A stretch of 64,000 nucleotides of DNA, from assembly GCF_009914755.1 (NCBI RefSeq), contig NC_060947.1, one strand, 5' to 3'. A program made the translations under genes and the position numbers. This DNA comes from the human T2T-CHM13v2.0 reference genome, Homo sapiens. Position 1 is the first letter of the stretch, and the number at the start of each line of letters is the position of its first letter. The notes under the pieces were generated by a model that was not told the DNA's origin, made no database searches, and saw only the letters and a program-made list of their open reading frames with translations. Positions 42,617 through 58,814 of this stretch are shown piece after piece.

Positions 42617-42930
42617 CTGTGCTATTCAGAATGTGGTCTATAGACCACCAGCATCAGCCTGACTTGGGAGCTTGTTAGAAATGAAGAATCGCCCCAAAAC
42701 AAACAAACCAGAATCTGCACTTTATTAAGATCTCCAAGTGATTTCAAAGCCAGCTTTTCTCAAATTTGCACACTGGAATGAATCAAGACTATTCTAAAAA
42801 TCTGCATGCCCAGGTCACACCCAAGACCAATTTCATAACAATATTCTGGGGATTGAGACCCCAGCATCAGTAGTTTTTAAAACTACCTAGGTGATGTTAA
42901 CATGAAATCAATTTTGATGACCGAATGCTC
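42617..42930. mobile_element. Adjacent MER5A/MER5B fragments
   Basis: 'accagcatcagcctgacttgggagcttgttagaaatg' and 'ccagcatcagtagtttttaaaactacctaggtgat'. Confidence 0.65.
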
Positions 42931-43899
42931 TGGGTATTTAAGCAAGTAAATAAACTCGGGATAGCCCCCTTGAGGATAATGATCCTTCTTTAAAGATACC
43001 AGTCTTCTAGGCTGTGAATTTTTCTCCAGCTATATATGGCTGTTCAGGTGCAGGTGTGGAAGAGGCAATGAAGTGGATTTAATGAAGGCTGAGATTCTGC
43101 CAAGCAACTGAGAACAGCAGATGATGTTCCACTTGCTGTCCCGCCTTCTCTCCCACCCACAATTCTCCTTTCCAACTAGAACAGCTCCCTTTGTATCTGT
43201 TCTACATTTTAGCTTTCTGAAAAAGAGTTAAAAGCAAGTGTGCAAGAGTTAAATGCACTGAAATGTATGATGCCTTTCCCCTCTGTATTCATCAGATCAA
43301 GTGTCTGACAATACAATGGGCTCCCGCTGTGTATGAGTGTGTGCACATGCAAGGCATAAGATTGATTTTTTTTTATTTAAGCTAGAATATACTCATTAGT
43401 AAATCTGTGTGACCCCAGAGTCTTGAATATCATTTCCTTTTTTTTGTTTTGCCTTTCCATTTCTTCCTTTGTTGATTTATACACATTTCCAACTTTTCTT
43501 TAATTCTTCATTTAATTTTGATAATTTGTATTTTCTAATGATATTTCTCTAAAATTTTCCAATTTGTCTTAGGGATTTGTACGTAGTGTTGCCTTAGAAT
43601 CATTTAATATCTTTTCTCTGTCCTATTCAATTTGTCAGGTCTAATTTTTAAATTTTCTCTTTTTTTGCCTTTTTGTTGTATTTTATAGAGTTTTGTCTAT
43701 CTTGCTCATTGATTTAAAGACTAATTTTCTAGTCTTATGTATTTCATTTTTCTCTTTTTATGAAATATAAACATACATAAGACTAACATTTATTATAGAC
43801 AAATTAGACTGATCTGTAGGAAAAGGCAAAACTAGTCATCAGAGACAACCTAGGCATATTTTAAAATGTTAATTATATTTATTATTTTCTTTTTCAAAA

Positions 43900-44745
<846 letters not shown>

Positions 44746-46349
44746 TCTATGCATATTCAATAGCTCTCTGTAAAGATGCTTCTATGCATTTATGTACAGA
44801 CTCTGCCTGCCTATTTGTATTTAAAATGGTCTCATATGACAGTCTTGATTATATCCTTGACTTATTCTTAGTTTGACAGTATAGAGAGTAATCAAGGTGG
44901 GGATGGAGTTACGGAGACTGGGATTCAAATGCTCACTCTGCTACTGCTTTGTGAGATTAAATGTAGAGTATTTTTTATCCACTCTGATGATCTTTCTTCC
45001 CACATATTTTCTGTAGAAAGCAGAGATGATCACACCTACCTCACAAGGATGATGAGAGTATTGTGATTGCAAGTACTTACCACCTCAAGAAATTTACACC
45101 AGTATCAATGGCCATGTTTTGATCTTTATTATTGTAAGCAAATTGTTTTTCAGTCCCTCAGTATGCATTTTGTGTATTTATATCATATTTTTTACATGTT
45201 TCAGAAGTACTTTCGGTGGATTAAAGGATTGAAAAGGATTTAAATAAATAACACTCCTAAAATATAATAGCCAACATGATAAACAATACTCAATATTCAA
45301 ATGTCATTTTTGCATAGATGAAAAATTCTATTGTTTTAATGTGAATTTACTTAAACCCTTTAGGGTTAAATATTTATTCTTCAATGATATGGAAGAAGAA
45401 TATACCCATGAAACGTGGATAAGTCCATGTAGCTCCTTTCAAAGCAGATTCTTGGAGAGAATTAATCCCTCCAGCAATGACTTTTCTTCTCTGCATCTGC
45501 CACTACTAGTTCTAAAAAACATTATTAAAATTATTTTTATATTGTATGGTTGAGGTAAAGACCCTTCATTAAGAAAGACTTAATGAGAAAAATTAATTCA
45601 ACTTCATTCACTATATTTAATATGAATTTTCCTTAAACATGTTTTTGGCAAATTTGGCAAACTGGGCATATGCAAAAGCAATAATTTGCCTTAGGAGAAT
45701 TTTGCATTAGATGAACCAAATTGTGAAAAGTCAGTTATCCAATAAGTAGAGTTTATGCCACACAGTATAATATATAGTGATCTTTATGATTTTCTTACAT
45801 TTTCCTTGTTTATTTTTTGCTTTCTTGTGTCAGGAGCAGAGAAATAGGTTATATCTTCAGCTGTCACATTTATTTTAATTTGCCATTTATGGTTTCCTTT
45901 CAAAGATTCAGGTTTTCTCCTAACTCATTAATTCACACATTTATTTATACTTAGTTCACTGTGCTTTTGAGTTTTGTCCAGTTTTCTTTTCCTATTTGTA
46001 GCCAAGTAAGTTGAAAGAATAGTGAATATATTTTTGTTTCTTTGTTTAACGTAGAAAACTTTTGTGAGTATGAACTTGCCTCTGCATACACATTAACCAT
46101 ATTCTGTGCACTTCAATATTTAGTAATTTCTGATCATCAATGCCACCAAGTGCCACTGTCCTGTTTGCCCAACACGCTCCAGTTTCAGCATGCTTCTAAA
46201 TGGACATAGTTGCTATTTCCTTTTCCTCTTTAACCCTATTTATTTATTTAAAAATATTTATTTGTTGATGCACTGAACAAGATACAGTAGATAAGATTGG
46301 GGAAATAGTCAAAATCTAAATAAATGCATGAATAAAAAGATGCTTTACA

Positions 46350-46685
46350 ATTAAGACAGTGTGATATTAGCAAAAGAACAGACAAATCGATGAAGGAAAC
46401 AGCATAGAGAGCTTAGGAATTGAGCCCCATAGACACAGCCAAATGTTCTTTGACAAAGTAGCAAAGGCAATGCAATGGAGAAAAGATAGTCTTTCAACAT
46501 AATGCATTCGTCAAGACTCATAGAATGTACAACACCGAGAGTGAACCCTAAAGTGTGGGCTTTGGATGATAATAATATGTCAATGTTGGGGTGGCTGGGC
46601 ATGTGTCAGGGCAGGAGGTATAGGGAACTCTATTTTCTGTACAACTTTGCTGTGAACCTAAAACTATTCTAAACAATTTAAAAAG
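46350..46685 (+). mobile_element. L1M fragments (ORF2 end joined to an L1MD/MC-like 3' end)
   Basis: 'tttgacaaagtagcaaaggcaatgcaatggagaaaagatagtctttcaac'; 'gtgaaccctaaagt...tgtacaactttgctgtgaacctaaaactattct'. Confidence 0.65.
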
Positions 46686-48962
46686 ATACTTCAGATAAGA
46701 GTTTTTGAAGGAAATGGCTGAGGTTAGTATAGTATGATAGGAAAGAAGGGGAGGGGGCAAATTTTAATAGGCTCTGGGCTTCCTCTCTGAGGGTAATTAA
46801 CATCCTCTTATTTGGGTAAGTGAAGCTAATTTCCCAGTTGTCAGAGTTTGCTGCTGCTCTTGTGGGGACAGTAATATCATTGCTACCAAATGTTATCAAA
46901 TTTTGCGTATGTGTGTATTTCCATGTGTTTAGGTGAAAGAATATTTTCAAAATTATTATTATTATTTTAAAGCTTAGTATAAATTATTTATTGCCTAACA
47001 TGATCCTTTTGGGGAAGCAACATGTATATACTTGCTAAAACGGAAAGAGCACTTTAATTAATTTGCATCTATTAACCAACATTATTGGTCATATTGCTCA
47101 AATTCCACATTTTTATGTATTTCTGCTGACTTGTTCTGTCAATTTCTGCTGACTTGTTCTGTCAATGACAGAAAAAGTATGTCAAACAATTTAGTATCTT
47201 TGTACTTCAAAAAACATGTTGTGAGTGCATTTCAGATACACATGGATGCTTTATCATTCACCTCATAAATATTCATGATGGGAATAGCTCCATTGACATT
47301 TTATCTTAATTGAAGAGTGCTTTCAAATTTTGTCCTTGACATATTTTAGTATCAAATGTTTGAGCAAATCAAACTTTGTTCCATTTTAGAGGTTTTTGTT
47401 TTGTTTTGTCTTATTTTTAACTTTCTTTAGTCATATGAATTAGGCAAAGACTTGAAACATTCATTTTTATATGATTTCTATAAAGATGAAACTAAGTCAA
47501 ATTACTTAAAACCAATTTCAGATTGTGAAAACAAAATATAAAGACTTCTTAGTAACCTTTCCTAGGGTGATTTAAACAATTCAAATATCAACCAAAACAC
47601 TAAATGCAGTTGTTATCATTCGATGTATATTAATTTTGACAGCAAGTTGATGAGATAATCCAGTTCGACTTTTAAAAAGAGAAAACTAGACAAAGAGAAA
47701 ACATATTGGCATGCACATTCCTTGGTTGAAATACTGATATTTACTTTATATTCAAAGTGCTTTCAGTGTCTGATCAAATCATGGTTTCCATTTTACTATC
47801 TCATGCGCTTCAACCTTAGAGATCATTGTATCATGACGTGTCTTGTTTGGTTGTATCCATTTATGTATTTCACTTGGCACATTGGTACGTGTTAATATGC
47901 ATATTTTTAGAATCCACACAGCAACGCAGTAATGGGTGTGGTCAAGTAAAAAGAATAATTCTTTCAGGGTGGAATCACCATTTGTACAATGCAGCTGTAT
48001 TGGAACTTCTTTGAAACCCACAGCACACAGCTGAGATAGTCCAATTTTTAAAAAGAAATTTACTATACCAATTTTGCAAGCTCAAGATTTTAGAATAATT
48101 TGAAAAGCTTTGAGTTCTACTCATTGCTTATTGTCATTGCTGGCTTAAATTTATTTCCCATCTAGATAGAAATAAAAGGTAAAAAGCTTAATTATTTTGC
48201 ATCATATTTCATTATTTTCTTTTGTTAGTGGTAATGAAATGAAACACATGTCTGAAGTTCACAGAAAGACTCCTTGGTAATGACTTTCTTTAGGCATCAT
48301 TGAGTTTTTTCATTTAATCAATAATTTTATTATTTTATGCAGTGCTTTGCAAAGCATTCCCTTCTGTGGGTTTACATATACATGGATACACAACCAGTCT
48401 GTGGTTTTAAAACATTAATTCCTGTCAAAACTATTTATGTAATTTTTAAATATTATAAATCCCCATGTTTACTTCTTATTGGCATGCTGTCTTTATTATA
48501 TTATGGAATATTATTATTTAGACCTGAAGTTTTGACAAATGACGCAAACAAATCTATTGATTCATTCCGTTACATTATAGGAAAAGTCCCTGTTGGTAGC
48601 AACGCCGCTGAGCTTCAAAACAGTGGCCTTGTCAGGTAATACAAGCCGTGGCATTTTCTTCGCCTCTTTTGACACATGGTGTAGGATAGTATGCAAATTG
48701 GTACAATTCTACAGGGCTGGAGGACAAAAGCAAAAATCAAGATTAAGCAGGGACATTTCCCCCATGTATATTGCTAATACCCACCTAAAGGTAATACAAG
48801 ACATTAACGGATTATGTGAAATCTCCACTTGTAAAATTTTTTAAAAATTTAAGGGGAAATGTGCTTTTAGTTTCTCTGACTTTTGTCAGAAACTTTTCAC
48901 CTAAGTAAAGTTGCTCTTTTACTTCTTGAAATGTTTCTTGTATTTATGCTGAGTGAGTTTGA

Positions 48963-49412
<450 letters not shown>

Positions 49413-51031
49413 TACATATATTTTTTCAAACAAACAAAAGCTTTAGAGTTCTGCAGGCTCACAAAAACCTCCGCTGTTATGAATCATGTTATATTTGAAA
49501 GAATTTTAAACCTATTTTTCAGTTCAGTTCTTCTCCTGTGGTTCTTATGCCAAGGTGACTTCAAGAGTAATATCTACATGGCTAATCAAGTTCTGAAATA
49601 GAGATTGATTGGTGTTTTGGTCCCCACATGTCCACATGGCATTTTCCTTGACAAATCTACAAAGGCACTGATAGGATTATGGGTCATGGATAAAGGAAAC
49701 CAGGTCTGTTGTGGTTGGTGCATCTGCTTGGGGGAAGAGCCTGAATCCAGTATTTTTGTAGGAAAGGAAACCGACATTTCCTATGCCGCCATCACTCCCT
49801 GTGTAGGCAATCCTCTTAGCAACTTCAAGTAAATTTTGTACTCATTTGGCTGATAAATACATTTGAGTTCAGGAGGTTAAGTGACTTGTAAGTGGCTGAG
49901 ATTAGGATTTGGTTTGTCTGGGCTCTTGTGACTGCTCCCTCTCTTATTTTCTGTGGGAGAATAAATATGATTAATTGGGTAACCCATATGACCGGCCTGT
50001 TTGTAGCAACTGGCAGACAAACCATTGAAACATATCTCTTCATATAGGAAAACTAGAGAGGATGGAGATAAAGACATAAAAATAGCATAGACATTTTAGA
50101 AATCTGGATGTAAAAGAGGAATAGACACACAAGGCGAGATGATGTTTGATTATGATACAGAACAGATTCCTAAAACACTTAAATGTAATTAAAGATATAA
50201 AAAGGATAGAACAGAACATAAAAAAGTTATGAATATACAGCACTATAATTAGTTGCTTCTTTTTGAGACACAGCACTAGTTTCAGACTTGTCCATTAAAA
50301 AGGAAAAAAGAGAGAAGGCTGCTTCTGAAGACAAAGACAATTTAAATGCAGAGCTTGGCAGGTGGCTGCCATTGAGGAGGGAAAAACAGTTAGGATAGCC
50401 TTCGAGAAGATCCTCCAAGTGATCAAATATTGTCTAGAGTGCTAGGGAACTTTCACAATTTTATTGGCAATTTAATATAATTCAATCGCAGTCTACATCA
50501 TCAAGACTTAGTATATTCAGTTCTATTTTGCAGAGAGTAATGAATCTGAAATTTATGTTTGGCAGTACACTCCAGAAAGTAACATTTCCCTTGATGCATC
50601 TGCTCTGATAATTTGCTCATTTAACTATACAAATGACACTGCAACTGACCTGGAAAGCCAGTTATACAAGATTCCAACACAGCAGAGACCCTGCAAGCTT
50701 CTAAGACTTTCTCCCACTTTCAAATGTCACAAAGACAGATTCTTAAGAGTGTTTCTGAAAAAAATAGCACCTTGGAATTGGTCCATCTTCAATTAAATGA
50801 TGGTGGTGATCATCCCTATGAAGTTTTGAAAGTCACATCTCTTCTTCAAGAAGGCATTTTGTGAAAGGAAACCAGGATCATTGTATATTGTAAAAGAAAA
50901 AAAAAATCTTAAAGATAGACTCCCTTTCTTTTGAGAAAAAAGAAACATGCAATTTTAAATCTTACAAACACTACTGATTTGAACTTAATGTTGACTGTAT
51001 TAAATTACAAATTTTAAAATGTGGCTTCTTT

Positions 51032-51360
<329 letters not shown>

Positions 51361-51526
51361 TAGCCCCTTTAAATTAAACTTATAAATATTGTTTTTATTT
51401 ATAAATCTAGAAAATCTATAAAATAAGAACGATTCTTTTCAAGGGATCATTTGAACAATATTTGTTAAATTCAAATTGAATAGTGTAAATAACAAAGCAG
51501 TGATACTATCTATGTTATATGTGTGA

Positions 51527-51660
51527 GAGGGGCTTAATACCTACATGATGGGTTGATAGGTGCCGCAAACCACCATGGCACATGATTACCTGTGTAACAA
51601 ACCTGCACATCATGTATATGTACCCCAGAACTTAAAATAAAAATAAAAATTAAAAAAAGA
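51527..51660 (+). mobile_element. L1PA 3' terminal fragment
   Basis: 'gcaaaccaccatggcacatgattacctgtgtaacaaacctgcacatc...gtaccccagaacttaaaataaaa'. Confidence 0.88.
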
Positions 51661-51694
51661 GAGAAAGATCATTTACATAAGTCAAGTGTGAAAG

Positions 51695-51912
51695 CAGAGT
51701 TTCTCCCACTCAGCACTACTGACATTTGTCTCTGGATAATTCTTTGTGGTGGGGGCTAACCCGTGCATTGGAGGATGTTGAGAAGGATCCCTGGTCTCTA
51801 CTACCCACTGGAAGCCAGTGGTAGTCCGCTTCCAGGTATAACAACCAAAAATGACTCCAGACATTGTCAAATATCCCCCAGGGAGTGACACTGCCCCAGT
51901 TGAGAACCACTA
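51695..51912 (+). mobile_element. MER20 (hAT-Charlie)
   Basis: 'cagagtttctcccactcagcactactgacattt...ccagacattgtcaaatatcccc...cccagttgagaaccact'. Confidence 0.88.
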
Positions 51913-53648
51913 TGTTAGAATTTTTTCTTGTAATTCTGCCATTAGGAATATTTTTTTCCCCTTTTCTCATATTTTTTATCCTCTGAAATCTTCCTACCCT
52001 CACCTCTCAGAAAATGTAAGCTCCATGAGAACCTTGTTCATCTTGTTTAACACACGCAGATCCTAGCAACTTCAATACTTCTTGAATACGTGAATACAAA
52101 TATAATCAAAATAAATCTGCTCATGCTCTATTTGACTGGATAAAGGATGTGATTAGATTAATAATATATGTAAATCTTTGTGAGTTCTTCTTCAGCTGTG
52201 TATTAAATGGAATTTTATTTACTTTGGATAAGTGAACTTTACGAATAATATCAATTGTTCACACTTGCCCTATCTCCCCTCTGCTTATTGGGTTACAAAT
52301 TCAACTAATAGCCATTGTAGGCAAGGTTGTGGAGAAATAAGTAAGAAACATATTATTATATACTGTGACTGCTTTGTGGTTTATAAACTGGGAAAAACTA
52401 CAGAATGTCAACATCCCTTGTCAATTGAAAAGGAAAAACACAATTCACATAAACTGGTTGTTTGGCTTTGATTACTTTTCAATGGGATGTTCCAATAACG
52501 GAAATGATGTGTTCGTACTTGTGGGGAAAAATTAATGGTGGACAAGCTCATAGACTTCAAAAGAATGCAAATTAATTTAGGCAGTTTCAGGGCAGGCTAT
52601 ACTGGAAAACAAGAATGAAGCAAAATGAGGTATCTGCTTTTATTAAGGGAGGTGCTAGAGCGTGTGAGGATGTGAGTTCTAAGCTTGATCTGAAGCTAGA
52701 CATGGGCCAGACTCAGCACAGAAGCAAAAATCTCAGCAACACCTGAAATCTAATGTGTTATTCAAGAAAGTGTGGATCCAGGGACTGGCAGAGATAAAAA
52801 CACCAGGCAACTAGTGACAAAGGTCAGAGAAAGCAGGAGTCCGGTACAGAGAAACTCTATCACTGGAGAACAGACATAGGGGTAGCAGGAATTCAGCTTG
52901 CTTGGATGCCAGAGCTTAAACCAGCATCCAGATATGGGAGCTAAGAGTCCAGCAGACTTAGAGAACTAGAAGGGGCTGGTGGTAATGTGCTCCTAGTCTT
53001 TTTGGTCCCAGTATGAGGGACTTATTTCCTTGGAAGACTCCCTCAACTGGGCTTCTAGTAGAGCCATCACATGAGAAATGTTTTGGGCTACAGTTGCTAG
53101 CAGGCATGCTCCAGCACCTCAGGCTGGACCATACCCTGTCCATCTCATTGTGGGGTTAGAGGAGGCATGTGCCATCTGTTGCTATTGACTAACAGGAAAC
53201 TTGGTCCTGTTGTACAGGAAGCAAGGTAGGGAGAGAAGGAGGTAAGCAGAGAGGGAGAGAAGAAAGGAGGGTGGGTGGGAGAATATGATGGGTAGTTATG
53301 TAAAGATATTACATCATTCATGGATTTTACACAATATGCTTAAGTTAAAAGTATACTTTACAAAGCTGTAAATCCAGAGTGTGTGCAGAGTCCTTTCCTG
53401 TAATTGTTCTGTGGATGTCATCATGTTTTGAGATCTTCCCACAATTTTTCAGACAGACTTCCCTAGAACAAAGCATGCCCCCTCCTCCTGTTGCAATCAA
53501 TACTCTAGTTCCTGGAACAGACAAAATGTGAGAAGCTGTAGCTCTTACAGAATGCTGTTTAATAAGAATGATTTCCAGTCTAAAAGTGTGAAATTTTGGG
53601 AACTTTTCTATGCATGTAAGCTATTGCCAGTCTTCTTTGATGACAAAC

Positions 53649-54007
53649 TGATATGGTTTAGCTGTGTCCCCACACAAAACTTACCTTGAATTGTAGCTCC
53701 CACAACCGCATGTCATGGGAGGGACCTGGTGGGAGGTAATAGAATCATGGGGGCGAGACTTTCCCGTGCTTTTCTCATAATAGTGAATGAGTCTCATGAG
53801 ATCTGATGGTTTTATAAAGGGCAGTTCCCCTTCACATGCTGTCTTGACTGCCACCATGTAAGATGTGCCTTTGCTCCTCTTTTGCCTTCCACCATGATTG
53901 TGAGGCTTCCCCAGCCATGTGGAACTATGAGTCCATTAAATCTCTTTTTCTTTAATTACCCAGTCTCGGGTATGTTTTTATTAGCAGTGTGAGAATGGAC
54001 TAATATA
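53649..54007 (+). mobile_element. THE1D solo LTR
   Basis: TGATATGGTTTAGCTGTGTCCCC...GGACTAATATA; perfect TSD CAAAC (53644-53648, 54008-54012). Confidence 0.92.
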
Positions 54008-56595
54008 CAAACATACTCAGGTGTCCTTTGTGGAGAACAATTCTTCCCCAAATCTCCCGTCAAGACAGAACCTTTGTGCCACTCCACTTCATGCTAAACA
54101 GTCCAATTGAGAGCTCTGCCTTGCTGTATCTATTTAAGAATTCTTGCCATTTCATTTGCCCCCCTTTTAAAGTCACTTTCTTCTCCCAGTGCTCTCCTGA
54201 AGCTGCTTTCTCTGAGGCATCTTATGAATTTATGCTGGTTACATCATTCTCACATCTTTGGTATCTCCAAGGAATTGACCATTCTGTTCCCTCCTGTTTG
54301 GCATCAAATGAGCCCACTCGATTTTCCTGCTACTTCCCTTATTATTTACCTGACACCATTGGTCTCTTTGTGTCCCATGAGCCCTGACTGTATTTCTGTG
54401 ATTCCATTGCTGCAGGCTCCTCCTGATCAATCCCCTCATCTGGCAGTTGCTTGTCTCATTTCCTTCCCTGCTTGCCTCTTCATGATTTTGCCTGAGAAAG
54501 CTTCCCTGTTATATTCCTTGAACTTGAATCCCTGGGCTGGGGGGAGTTCTGCAAGAACCTGAGACAGACACCCTGTCTTCTTAGACCCCATCATTCCACC
54601 CATTATCACATCATTAGACTCTAGCTTTGCATTCACTGTCACATCTTTAGGTCTATTTATTTCCTCCTGAACCACTCCCTTCTTCCATGACCACCACCAC
54701 CACCACTCCACTGGAAACCTCTTGCACTCTCATAGCTCTATCACCTCCAGGACAACACATACCAAATTGCCATCCTCAATGCTAACCTTTCTCCAAAGCT
54801 CCCAATTGGATTATTTTCAATGAAATGTCTACAATTCCCACATTTAATATACATAAAAGCAAATCCATCTTCTCTAGGCCACACTGTCTCAAGGACTTGT
54901 TGTTGTTAATCATTTTCTTCCTCGTATCTTCTGCAAATAGGGTCAAAGCAGCCCACTCCACAGTGCTGAGGTTGGAGCTGGGGGTAGAATGGAGACGTTT
55001 AATTCTGGTTTACATTCATGTGATGCCTATACTTAAAGTTATAGTGTCTCCCATAAGACCGCGATACTGGGGAGCTCTTGCACCCAGACATCTGTCCCCT
55101 TCACAGGGCAAGAGCTCCACCCAAATCCAAACCCATATTTGTGGTGTTAGCCAATCCTCTCTGAGTCAAAGCAGTTTGAAAGTCCCAATATTTACCTAAT
55201 TCCTCTTGCTTTAGGCTTTTCTCCAAAACTACTGGTCTGGCAATTCTTTAGAGTCTTTGCAAACTCTTGAATCTTTTAAAGATACTTTAAAATCATATTT
55301 TATTCAGATTTTTAAAAATTACTTTCAGTCAGAAAGGAAATTGTTTTGAATGACCCAGCTAGCATTCCTGGAAATTCAACGATTTCTCTTTTCTCCACCA
55401 TTACTTCAATTCAGAACCTTCTAATCCCATCAGAGAATGATAAAATCATCTCTAAATATGATTTCTTAAGTCATTTCTTGTTCCCACTCAGTGAATTCAT
55501 ATTCCTCTTCCTGAAATACAGTTATGACACCTTCCTCCAATACAGTTCTAACACCTTCCTCCTTCCACACTCAGAAATGGTCAATGTTGTTCCGTCGCCA
55601 AAGAGTCATTACAAATTCCTTTGTCACAGGAATGCAAGTTTGTTTCCAGGACATGCCCTCATCTAATCTTCCACTTTTCACTACTGTGCATTTAAAAGAT
55701 GCTTCAAATAAATGAATTCCACATTAGCAAACCTTCTGTTTCTAAATATGTTTGTGCATACACCCCCTTTCTTCAGCACAGAGTGATCTTCTCAGCTTCT
55801 TTACAAGGCATCTTATTGCACATAGTGCTTACCCGGCCGCCCATGCAAAGAAGCTCTCCTATTCCCTTGTCTCAAGACTCTTTTGCCTTCAACGATACTT
55901 GTATTACCACTTTGTATTCCAGGACTGTGTTTAATATAGCTCATCATTTTGAGTACTGGTATATCACTATTAGGGTACCCTCATCTCACCCAATTACACC
56001 TGATGTAGTGCATATGACATGTAGTGTAATCCATCCTTACCCTGAAGATTTATCTTTTTTAAATGTACACATGACTTTTTAGCAATGAAGAAAATTTCAA
56101 TACAGTTGGTGTCACTCTTACCCAAGTCAACTGGAAAAAGAAGTAACCAAGTCAGGTGTTGAATCATAAGAGGGGTAGGTAAAGAATAAAAGAAAAGCCT
56201 GAACAGAAGTGGACTTTTAGAATAAAACTTGGAATAGGTATCACATGATAAGGTAAAGTAAATCCAGGTTTTAGAACTATCTTTCTATGCCTGGGAGAAG
56301 GGAAAGAGCTCAGACCCAAATAAGAGAGACTGAGAGTATATGTGTTCAGTGCTAAATTGGCAGTGCTAAGCCTAGAACACAGTTTAGGATTGCAGACTGA
56401 GTAGGTTAAATAAAGTTTCTGCTTGTTCATCCATTTTAAGCATCCACAGAACTCTTCTAGGACAATAGTAGGAATCAGCAGACCATAATTAACAACTGCA
56501 AGTCATAAAATCAGAAAGACAAGGAACATTTGGCTCAGGGGAAAACAAAAACAAACAAACAAAAACGTGTTCCACAGAAGAGCATCATTCCCCAT

Positions 56596-56959
56596 TGATA
56601 AGGTTTGGCTGTGTCCCCACCCAAATCTCATCTTGAATTGTAGCTCCCATAATCCCCACATGTTGTGGGAGGTACCTGGTGGGAGGTAAATGAATCATGG
56701 GCGTGGGTTTTTCCCATGCTGTTCTCATGATAGTGAATAAGTTTCACGAGGTCCGATGGCTTTATAAAGGGTAGTTCCCCTGCACATGCTCTCGTGCCTG
56801 CCACCATGAAAGATGTGCCTTTGCTCCTCATTTGCCTTCCACCATGATGGTGAGGCCTCCCCAGCCATGTGGGACTGTAAGTCTATTAAATCTCTTTTTC
56901 TTTATAAATGTCCCAGTCTCAGATATTTCTTCATAGCAGTGTGAAAATAGACTAATACA
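56596..56959 (+). mobile_element. THE1D solo LTR
   Basis: TGATAAGGTTTGGCTGTGTCCCC...GACTAATACA; perfect TSD CCCAT (56591-56595, 56960-56964). Confidence 0.92.
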
Positions 56960-58814
56960 CCCATGAAAGACACTAACTTCTAACCATTGACTTAAAGCTG
57001 TAGGGAAAGAAAATTTGTAAATAGATCTAGTGAGCAAGAGAAGGCAATCATCATTGATTATAGAATTTTCTTAATTTCTAATTTAGTATCATTAACATGC
57101 TCTGAAGGAAGAAAGCTTATTTGTTGTATTTTAATGAAAAGAGTATAATTATCTAAGATTTTCTAAATTTGTGTGTGGCCTTGATCACTCTGTTTTCCCA
57201 TCAGATCTTAAAAATTTGCACCCAAAACGTCCTCTACATGGTTATTAATTGCAGTTGGAATGCACTCTTGTGTTGGCCTTTCATTCACGTATAGCAAGTG
57301 AGTGAATGAATGAATGAATGATTAGTGGAATATTATATGAATTTCTTGTTTGCCTTTCTGCCTCTTCAGATACTACCTTCACTTAGAATGATGCTTAAAT
57401 TAGAAGTGAAACTGGGATTCTTATCTTCTCAGATACAGCATTGCTTTTCAATTTTGTTCATAATTTTCTCCATGAGTTGTTCATTTTAGAAAAACCCTAA
57501 ACAAATATCAAATTATTAGGCTGATTATTTATAATGTTGACTAATATTTAAATCCATATTGATAAAGTTTATTTGTGTGTGTACATCTGGCATATGGACT
57601 TTGCCTTTATTCTGAGTTGTGTGTTTTAGTATTATGCAGAGAGTGTAGCAAATTTACTGTAAGATTAGCCCATTCTGTGAGAAACATCTGTGTACATGGA
57701 AGTTTAGCATTCTTATCCAATGTTTGTCTTCAGATTTTACAAAAGCTTTGGAAACTTTGACAACTTTTCTGTTCCTTGTCATATAAAACTTATTCCTTAT
57801 CCTCTTCATCTTAGAACTACAGTTCAAATTGGAAACGATAATTCAAATATCACATTGTGCTTATAATTTTAGATTATATACATGATCTGTGAAGCAGTGC
57901 TGCACACTTCCCCCCAGTCTGATATCCTTCGGAGAAGCAAAGAAATTCCATACAGTAAAATTTACCAAGTCAAATTAATTTTACACGAACACACCAACTC
58001 TTTTTCTCAACACAAATAGTTTGAAGACTTGGAGTGCTACTTCAGCATATTTCTCTTCCTCTCTTAGTTACTTACGCTCAGATGTAAGAACTCATGTAAA
58101 GATTTGCGTCAACTCTCTACCTACAAACCGTAGGATGTGTTATGTGTTTGAGAATAAATTGGGCTTAAAAGGTCTTCTACCCTTGCAACTTCCCTTCTCC
58201 TCCATTTAGGCCCTAGAGTCCATCTTGGGGGAAATGGCACCAGCAAAGCAAGTTTTAACCCCAGTTACCAAGCTGGATGCATGAAAAACTACAGCCTTCC
58301 TTTCATATTTCATGAATAGAAAAGAAAACTGAAAGGAGGTAAGACTTCTGTGCAAGAATTTTGAAGCCTCTGTTTGAACGCAAAATGAGATTCCAAGAGA
58401 AAGAAAGAACCAAGTCCAGGTCCAGGGCCATCTCGCGCATTGCCATCTACCTAGAGAACACCACTGAGAAAACGCCCGCCTTCTCTCTTGCATAGACATG
58501 AATGAAGGAAGCAGAAAGATGTAGAGGGAGTATTTTCCCAATGCTCATAACTCCTTAACCATGGAGAAGAGTTTTTCTTCTCTTGACAGGAAATAAGAAG
58601 AGGAATAATAAGACATAATTCTGCCGCCACTATCAAAGAAACATGTGAATAAGGACTCCAACTAATGGATATAGCTTAAGACATGAGTTTCCGAATATGG
58701 ATGAAATCGATCCTTAAAATGATAAAAACCAACCCAACTTAAGATTAATATGTTTTCTAAATTAAACACGGTATATTTCTGTTTGTGTATTTCTGCCAAC
58801 CTGATCCTCAAAAT

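Noticed and set aside
54028-56082. Cluster of 100-150 aa ORFs
   Set aside because: No recognisable domains or coherent exon structure; pyrimidine-rich, probably decayed L2/L1-like DNA.
53649-56959. Two same-orientation THE1D LTRs ~2.6 kb apart as a full provirus
   Set aside because: Each has its own distinct TSD (CAAAC; CCCAT) and the intervening DNA is not THE1-int, so they are independent solo LTRs. This contrasts with the shared TSD around the VCX block.
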